Below are positions 58,092 through 64,000 of a stretch of 64,000 nucleotides of DNA, in pieces (position 1 is the first letter of the stretch; each line of letters begins with the position of its first letter). Under the pieces are notes generated by a model that saw only the letters and a list, made by a program, of their open reading frames with translations, searched no databases and was not told the DNA's origin. Made by a program: the position numbers and the translations under genes. Source of the DNA: an uncultured Rothia sp. (GTDB lineage Bacteria > Actinomycetota > Actinomycetes > Actinomycetales > Micrococcaceae); assembly GCA_946221065.1 (NCBI GenBank), contig CAMIIO010000002.1:1104-65103 (forward strand), written 5' to 3'.

Positions 58092-59045
58092 ATGACTAAC
58101 CAACTTCCCGCACAAGTATCCGACATCTTTGACCCCCACCAGTGGCGTACCGTAGAGGGCTTCGAGGATTTTCAAGACATCACCTACCACCGCCAGGTAG
58201 AGCGCGATAACGACGGCGCAATTATTCGTGACCTGCCCACCGTGCGCATCGCCTTTGACCGCCCCGAAGTACGCAACGCCTTCCGCCCAGGCACCGTGGA
58301 CGAGCTCTACCGCGCCCTCGACCACGCCCGCATGACCTCCAACGTTGGCACGGTACTACTCACCGGCAACGGACCCTCCCCCAAAGACGGCGGCTGGGCA
58401 TTCTGCTCCGGAGGAGATCAGCGCATTCGTGGCCGCGACGGCTACCACTACGCCGACGGCGAGACCGCCGAAACCATTGACCCCGCCCGCGCCGGACGCC
58501 TGCACATCCTTGAAGTACAACGCCTGATTCGTACCATGCCTAAAGTGGTGGTGGCTCTAGTATCCGGTTGGGCTGCCGGTGGTGGACACTCCCTGCACGT
58601 GGTAGCAGACCTCACCATTGCCTCCGAAGAATACGGCAAGTTCAAACAAACCGATGCCACCGTGGGCTCCTTTGACGCCGGCTACGGCTCAGCCCTGCTG
58701 GCACGTCAGGTGGGACAAAAATTTGCCCGCGAAATTTTCTTCCTCGCCAAAGAGTACGATGCCCAGCGCATGTATGAGATGGGGGCAGTGAACGACGTCG
58801 TCCCGCACGAAGAGCTAGAAAAGAAAGGCTTGGAATACGCGGCGCACATTGCCCGGCAGTCCCCACAGGCTATTCGTATGCTCAAGTTCGCTTTCAACCT
58901 ACCCGATGACGGCATGGTGGGCCAGCAGGTCTTTGCAGGGGAGGCAACCCGCATGGCGTACATGACCGATGAGGCGGTAGAAGGTCGTGACGCTTTCTTG
59001 CAAAAGCGTGAACCCAACTGGACTGAATACCCCTACTATTTCTAG
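58092..59045 (+). CDS. menB: 1,4-dihydroxy-2-naphthoyl-CoA synthase
   Basis: Crotonase fold, 'GGGH…DLTIAS…' MenB motifs. Start at 58092 with a GAAGG RBS. The tracked ORF 58020 begins inside the palindrome. Confidence 0.93.
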   Translation: MTNQLPAQVSDIFDPHQWRTVEGFEDFQDITYHRQVERDNDGAIIRDLPTVRIAFDRPEVRNAFRPGTVDELYRALDHARMTSNVGTVLLTGNGPSPKDGGWAFCSGGDQRIRGRDGYHYADGETAETIDPARAGRLHILEVQRLIRTMPKVVVALVSGWAAGGGHSLHVVADLTIASEEYGKFKQTDATVGSFDAGYGSALLARQVGQKFAREIFFLAKEYDAQRMYEMGAVNDVVPHEELEKKGLEYAAHIARQSPQAIRMLKFAFNLPDDGMVGQQVFAGEATRMAYMTDEAVEGRDAFLQKREPNWTEYPYYF

Positions 59046-59092
59046 GGCTCGGTTTTTGTTGATGCAAGAAGCAGAGCTACAGTAAAAACGCT

Positions 59093-60328
59093 ATGACTAC
59101 TCCCTCTGCTTCTTTTGCCGGCTCCCTCACCCCGCTTAGTCCTCCCACGGCTCTTACCGAACACACCGTCGTCGTGGGAGGAGCAAGCACCCCGGCCGTT
59201 CCAGCTATCCTCCGCAGTTTTGAGCGCACTCTCTCGCAGGATTCGGAGGATCCGGCGCTGGTTGTCTCTACGTCCGGTTCGACGGGCGCGCCCAAACAGA
59301 CGGTGCTTTCCGCTCGGGCGTTACGTGCTTCGGGAAGGGCAACGGAGGAGTTCTCCGGGGTGCGTAACGCCCAATGGCTTCTGTGCCTACCCACGCACTA
59401 TGTGGCGGGGGCGCAGGTGCTAGCGCGTTCGGTGTTAGCCGGAACTTCCCCGGAGGTTATGCGGAATGTGAACTGTGGGGAGCGATTCACAGCGGAAGAT
59501 TTTGTGGCTACCTGCGAACAGATGACGGCACAGAATCGCATGGTTTCACTGGTTCCGGCACAGCTTCACACTCTCTATGAAGCCGCAACAGACTTACCCG
59601 AGGTTCTGCCGGCTCTACGCGAGTTTAACGGAATCCTTTTAGGGGGCGCACCGGCCCCCGCCGAGCTCCTTGCTACTGCCCGTCACGAAGGCCTGCGAGT
59701 ATTTACCACTTATGGAAGCGCGGAAACCTCCGGCGGGTGCGTGTATTCGGGTACGTCTCTGCCTGGAGTCAGCGTACATGTAGAAGGTAACTTCCCTGCC
59801 ACAGCTCAGGATCCGCAATCTCTTTGGCTCGGTGGAAACGTGGTGGCAAGCGGCTACCTCAATGACGCAGAACGTACCGCACAACGCTTCTTTATTGATA
59901 CTCACGGCACCTACTGGTATCGCACCGACGACGTAGGCTTTATCACCGAGAATAAATTCCAGGTAGCAGGCAGGGCTGACGACGTAATAATTACCGGGGG
60001 TGTAAAAGTCTCCCCCGGCCCCATTCGAGAAGCCCTCGAAACCCACCCTGCTGTGCGCGAGGCTCTGGTCTGCGGGGTTGACGACGCCCGGTGGGGCACA
60101 GCGGTGGTGGCGGCGGTCAGCGTTCGCGGCAACGCCGTCGATTCCACTCTCGTCGCAGAGACTACCCGGCAGGAGCTGGCACAGATCATTCAGCGACTTG
60201 AGCCTGCCCAGCGCCCTAAACTTATTGAGCTCTACCCCGCTTTTCCCACGCTCAGCACTGGAAAAACCGACCGGCGTGCGCTACAGAATGAGTTAGCTAC
60301 CACGTACCGCCGTCGGTGCTCGGGCTAA
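59093..60328 (+). CDS. menE: o-Succinylbenzoate–CoA ligase
   Basis: Short AMP-binding enzyme ('TSGSTGAPK', 'YGSAETSGG'). Position within the men cluster. Confidence 0.8.
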   Translation: MTTPSASFAGSLTPLSPPTALTEHTVVVGGASTPAVPAILRSFERTLSQDSEDPALVVSTSGSTGAPKQTVLSARALRASGRATEEFSGVRNAQWLLCLPTHYVAGAQVLARSVLAGTSPEVMRNVNCGERFTAEDFVATCEQMTAQNRMVSLVPAQLHTLYEAATDLPEVLPALREFNGILLGGAPAPAELLATARHEGLRVFTTYGSAETSGGCVYSGTSLPGVSVHVEGNFPATAQDPQSLWLGGNVVASGYLNDAERTAQRFFIDTHGTYWYRTDDVGFITENKFQVAGRADDVIITGGVKVSPGPIREALETHPAVREALVCGVDDARWGTAVVAAVSVRGNAVDSTLVAETTRQELAQIIQRLEPAQRPKLIELYPAFPTLSTGKTDRRALQNELATTYRRRCSG

Positions 60329-60414
60329 ACCTACCCGGTATCCGCAGGGCGTTGGTGTGAGAGAATGAGGGGTAATCTAGCCTTCAGATCGTCAGTAGAA
60401 AGAAGTTCTTTTCC

Positions 60415-61332
60415 GTGGCAACACCTGCACAGTGGATTGAAGGGGCGCGTTTGCGCACCCTACCCCTCGCGATAGCACCTATTGTTGCCGGCTCCGCGGC
60501 CGCTTTTGAATATGGAAAGTTCATGCCCTTTCGCGCCTTTTTGGCATTATTAGTGGCGCTTTTCTTACAGATTGGTGTGAATTATGCCAATGATTATTCA
60601 GATGGGGTTAAAGGTACTGATGAGGTACGCGTTGGCCCGCTAAGACTCGTGGGATCCGGCGTGGCAAAACCTTTCCACGTTAAATACGCGGCTTTTGCGT
60701 GTTTTGGTTTCGCTATGCTCGCGGGCTTATGGCTTATTATTCTTTCGCAGCAGTGGTGGTTTCTTGCTATTGGGGCGTCCTCGGTCTTTGCCGCCTGGGG
60801 CTATACCGGAGGTAAACACCCATACGGGTATATGGGTTTAGGTGACCTCTTTGTTTTTGTGTATTTCGGGTTAGTGGCAACCCTGGGTACACTTTTTACT
60901 CAAACCGCGCACCTTACGCTTTCCGGCTGGGTTTTTGCGATAGTTATGGGCTTATTTTCGTGCGCGCTGTTAATGGCAAATAATGTGCGTGATATTCCTA
61001 CCGATCGCGAAGTCGGCAAGCTGACTATGGCGGTACGCTTGGGTAATGTATGGTCCCGGCGTGTTTACGCTCTAGAAATGATTCTTTCGCTGGTGCTTAC
61101 TGCTTTTCTTGTGCCAAAGAATCCGTGGTATATGCTCACCTTTATTCTGGTTGGCCCTATCCTGCATTCCTGCATGGTGGTACTTTCGGGGAAAAACGGT
61201 AAGGCCCTTATCCCTGTGCTAAAGCAAGCCGGGCTGGTGGCACTGACTTATAGCGTGCTGGTGGCGGTTGCCGCGTATTTGGGTACGCTCAGTATTTTTA
61301 TCCCAGAAGTAACGTATTTCACCGGCTACTAG
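60415..61332 (+). CDS. menA: 1,4-dihydroxy-2-naphthoate polyprenyltransferase (UbiA family)
   Basis: UbiA motifs ('NDYSDGVKGTD', 'NNVRDIPTDR'). 8–9 TM helices. Confidence 0.9.
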   Translation: MATPAQWIEGARLRTLPLAIAPIVAGSAAAFEYGKFMPFRAFLALLVALFLQIGVNYANDYSDGVKGTDEVRVGPLRLVGSGVAKPFHVKYAAFACFGFAMLAGLWLIILSQQWWFLAIGASSVFAAWGYTGGKHPYGYMGLGDLFVFVYFGLVATLGTLFTQTAHLTLSGWVFAIVMGLFSCALLMANNVRDIPTDREVGKLTMAVRLGNVWSRRVYALEMILSLVLTAFLVPKNPWYMLTFILVGPILHSCMVVLSGKNGKALIPVLKQAGLVALTYSVLVAVAAYLGTLSIFIPEVTYFTGY

Positions 61333-61355
61333 GATGCCTAAAAGGTGATAGCGAT

Positions 61356-61395
61356 CAAGACCGCGGGGTTCTCTACGAGGCCCGCGGTTTTTAGT
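61356..61395 (+). terminator. Putative terminator after menA
   Basis: 8–9 bp GC stem (accgcggg / cccgcggt) with a 14-nt loop, followed by ttttt. Confidence 0.45.
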
Positions 61396-61400
61396 GGGTA

Positions 61401-61697
61401 CTATTCAAGACCTTGCGCTTGGCGCTGTTTATCCGCGTAGGCGTCTTCCTCAGCGGTGTCTTGTACACGCTGGGATTCACTGGGCTTGGCAGAGTTTCGA
61501 CGGCGGAAGATTCGGTATATATCATCACTGGCGGCATCATGCAGGCGCGGGAATGCCAAATACGAGATGGCAAAAGCAATCAATACCGCAAATAGCGCAG
61601 ATAGAATCACGTTCACATCAACCAGGCGGCACAGCATAAAAGCAAGGACCATCAGGCCAACACGTACCAGGGAATACTTCAAAAAGTTCACCCCCAT
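61401..61697 (-). CDS. DUF4229-like small membrane protein
   Basis: 98 aa with two TM helices and an acidic/basic C-terminal tail. The family name is from memory of actinobacterial proteins next to menA. Confidence 0.5.
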   Translation of the reverse strand: MGVNFLKYSLVRVGLMVLAFMLCRLVDVNVILSALFAVLIAFAISYLAFPRLHDAASDDIYRIFRRRNSAKPSESQRVQDTAEEDAYADKQRQAQGLE

Positions 61698-61762
61698 AGT
61701 CTAACGAAGATTTCTGCGAGTTTTCTTCCCCCTGTTATAGCGGATCTGGGCAACAAGTAATT

Positions 61763-62161
61763 GTGAGGTGGCTTGCGATTATTTCACTTTTAGTGGTATT
61801 CCCTGGAAAGATGGTGGGTATGTTTCGAGCGATGCTAATTATTGGTGCCGGCGCGCTGCTGGTAGGTGTGGTGATTTTTGCGTTAGTGGATTGTGCCCGC
61901 ACAGAGGCGAGTCGGGTGCGTGCGCTGCCGAAGGCCGGGTGGTTGGCGGTGATTCTGCTTTTTCCGGTGGTTGGTGCGTTGCTCTGGCTGTTCTTGGGTA
62001 AGCGGCGCGGGGCGTCGTCGTTTGGCCCGGTGGTCCAGCAGGACGTTCCGCGGGCGCCCGACGATGACCCTGAGTACCTAAAATTTCTTGAGTCTCGTGC
62101 GCGCCGGCAGGCGGAGTCTCGACGTCGTGCAGAGCAAGAAAAAGATGAGGACGAAACCTAG
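61763..62161 (+). CDS. PLDc_N-like small membrane protein (cardiolipin-synthase N-terminal-domain family)
   Basis: Two TM helices ('LLFPVVGALLWLFLG') and a charged C-terminus. The start could be 61811 or 61820. Confidence 0.5.
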   Translation: MRWLAIISLLVVFPGKMVGMFRAMLIIGAGALLVGVVIFALVDCARTEASRVRALPKAGWLAVILLFPVVGALLWLFLGKRRGASSFGPVVQQDVPRAPDDDPEYLKFLESRARRQAESRRRAEQEKDEDET

Positions 62162-62269
62162 AGACAACAAAAAATCCGTACACCACTTGAGCGATTTATA
62201 CACCTGTAGAAGTGTACTTATGGCTCAAACGGTGTACGGATTCTTCGTACCTACTAGCTAGTCAGCGGC

Positions 62270-63094
<825 letters not shown>

Positions 63095-63451
63095 TTACGG
63101 TAGACCTCGTACGGCGTCTTTGTGGTGCTAGAGCATGGCTATTTGGGGTTTGAGGTAATGTTCACGGTGTTAGTGGTTACAGCACCTTTTACCCCTTATA
63201 GCGGCGGTTCTGAGACGGATTAGGTGGTTACTCTCCCTGGGGTGTGAGCGAGGTTTCGCGAGGTTGTCTGCTGAGCCACGCGGTGCCGATCCGCCGGTCA
63301 CAATAGCGCGCGCTAAAACCCAGGAATCCCCGATACTCCTGCGCCGGATATATACCAAATGCAGAAAAAATATTTCTCGGACACAATAATGCCGGGTTCA
63401 CCCGCTTGGATTGAAGAGGTGACGCCGGCAACGGCACTACACAAGAAACCC

Positions 63452-64000
63452 TTAGAGTCCCGAGTAGCTATGTAAGCCCGAGAAGAATATGTTAACCACC
63501 GTGAAGTTAAAAATAATGCACAGATAGCCGGCAATTGATAACCATGCCGACGGCGGCCCTGACCAGCCGCGCGTTGCCCGAGCGTGCAGGTACGCGGCGT
63601 AGACCACCCAGATCACGAACGTCCAGACCTCTTTGGTGTCCCAGCCCCAATAGCGGCCCCAGGCGCGTTCGGCCCAGATAGCGCCGGCAGCCAGGGTAAA
63701 GGTCCACATCACAAAGCCCACGGCGTTTAGTCGAAACGCAAAATTCTCTAGAGCCTGAGCAGAAGGCACCAGGCGCATAAAGTTCCACGAATTGCCTTTA
63801 CCGGCAAGAATGTCTCGTTCACGGCGAGTCTGGATAAGCTGCAGGATAGCCATGGCAAAGGTAATCGTAAAGATAGCGGACGCTAACACCGCGATTGATA
63901 CGTGGATTACCAGCCAATAGGACTGCAAAGCCGGCTTCAAATGCCCCACCGGCGTATTGAAACCGATGGTCGCCGCCGTCATCATGGTAAGCGCCAAGCC
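63452..64000 (-). CDS. ccsA: Cytochrome c-type biogenesis protein CcsA/ResC; N-terminus lies beyond the window end
   Basis: 'WGWDTKEVW' tryptophan-rich haem-handling motif. The ORF is open to the window edge. Confidence 0.8.
   Translation of the reverse strand, partial: GLALTMMTAATIGFNTPVGHLKPALQSYWLVIHVSIAVLASAIFTITFAMAILQLIQTRRERDILAGKGNSWNFMRLVPSAQALENFAFRLNAVGFVMWTFTLAAGAIWAERAWGRYWGWDTKEVWTFVIWVVYAAYLHARATRGWSGPPSAWLSIAGYLCIIFNFTVVNIFFSGLHSYSGL

Overview
This 64 kb window is a high-GC chromosome segment from a mycothiol-producing actinobacterium (Actinomycetota). Micrococcales or Corynebacteriales is plausible but the genus cannot be resolved. Most of the window is core metabolism in gene orders that look conserved across actinobacteria.

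Identified core genes and clusters:
- aspartate aminotransferase (5'-partial) and pfkA
- a YgfZ folate-binding protein and a nitrobindin-like protein in one operon
- glnR–mshD–ppk1–mutT1-like–thyA–folA
- an E. coli-type asd
- a gluconate operon gntK–gntP with a convergent GntR-family regulator
- murB and two tandem paralogous MFS transporters
- nadA–nadB–nadC
- a hadA/hadB-like MaoC dehydratase pair
- tRNA-Thr(GGT) and tRNA-Tyr(GTA)
- a DEAD-box helicase with an RGG tail
- thioredoxin, yajQ and htpX
- a menaquinone cluster split in two blocks (polyprenyl synthase–menG–cupin–menD, a spacer, menC, then menB–menE–menA further on), followed by ccsA (partial)

The most unusual content is a roughly 10 kb block (35947–46001) sitting between htpX and the polyprenyl synthase. 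From memory of actinobacterial synteny this looks like an insertion. It encodes:
- a 990-aa single-polypeptide fusion of an ECF sigma factor, a ZAS-type anti-sigma domain and a membrane segment, followed by about 330 aa of tandem Pro/Asp/Thr 'xDP' repeats and a Cys-containing C-terminal domain
- a Fur-family regulator
- two divergently arranged hypothetical proteins, one with a long charged disordered tail ending in an amphipathic motif
- RarD and a canonical NRAMP MntH

Other notable points:
- a perfect 63-nt palindrome between putP and menB
- a second, highly divergent NRAMP-superfamily transporter whose canonical metal-binding residues are replaced, flanked by GCGGTAC-core palindromic structures
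- a 930-bp AT-rich menC–menD spacer carrying an unannotated 50-aa ORF with a strong RBS and a terminator
- a 36-aa hydrophobic peptide ORF

No CRISPR arrays, transposases, integrases or obvious defence systems were seen. All calls rest on motif recognition by eye. No homology search, RNA covariance model or promoter/terminator predictor was run, and computed coordinates may be off by one in places.
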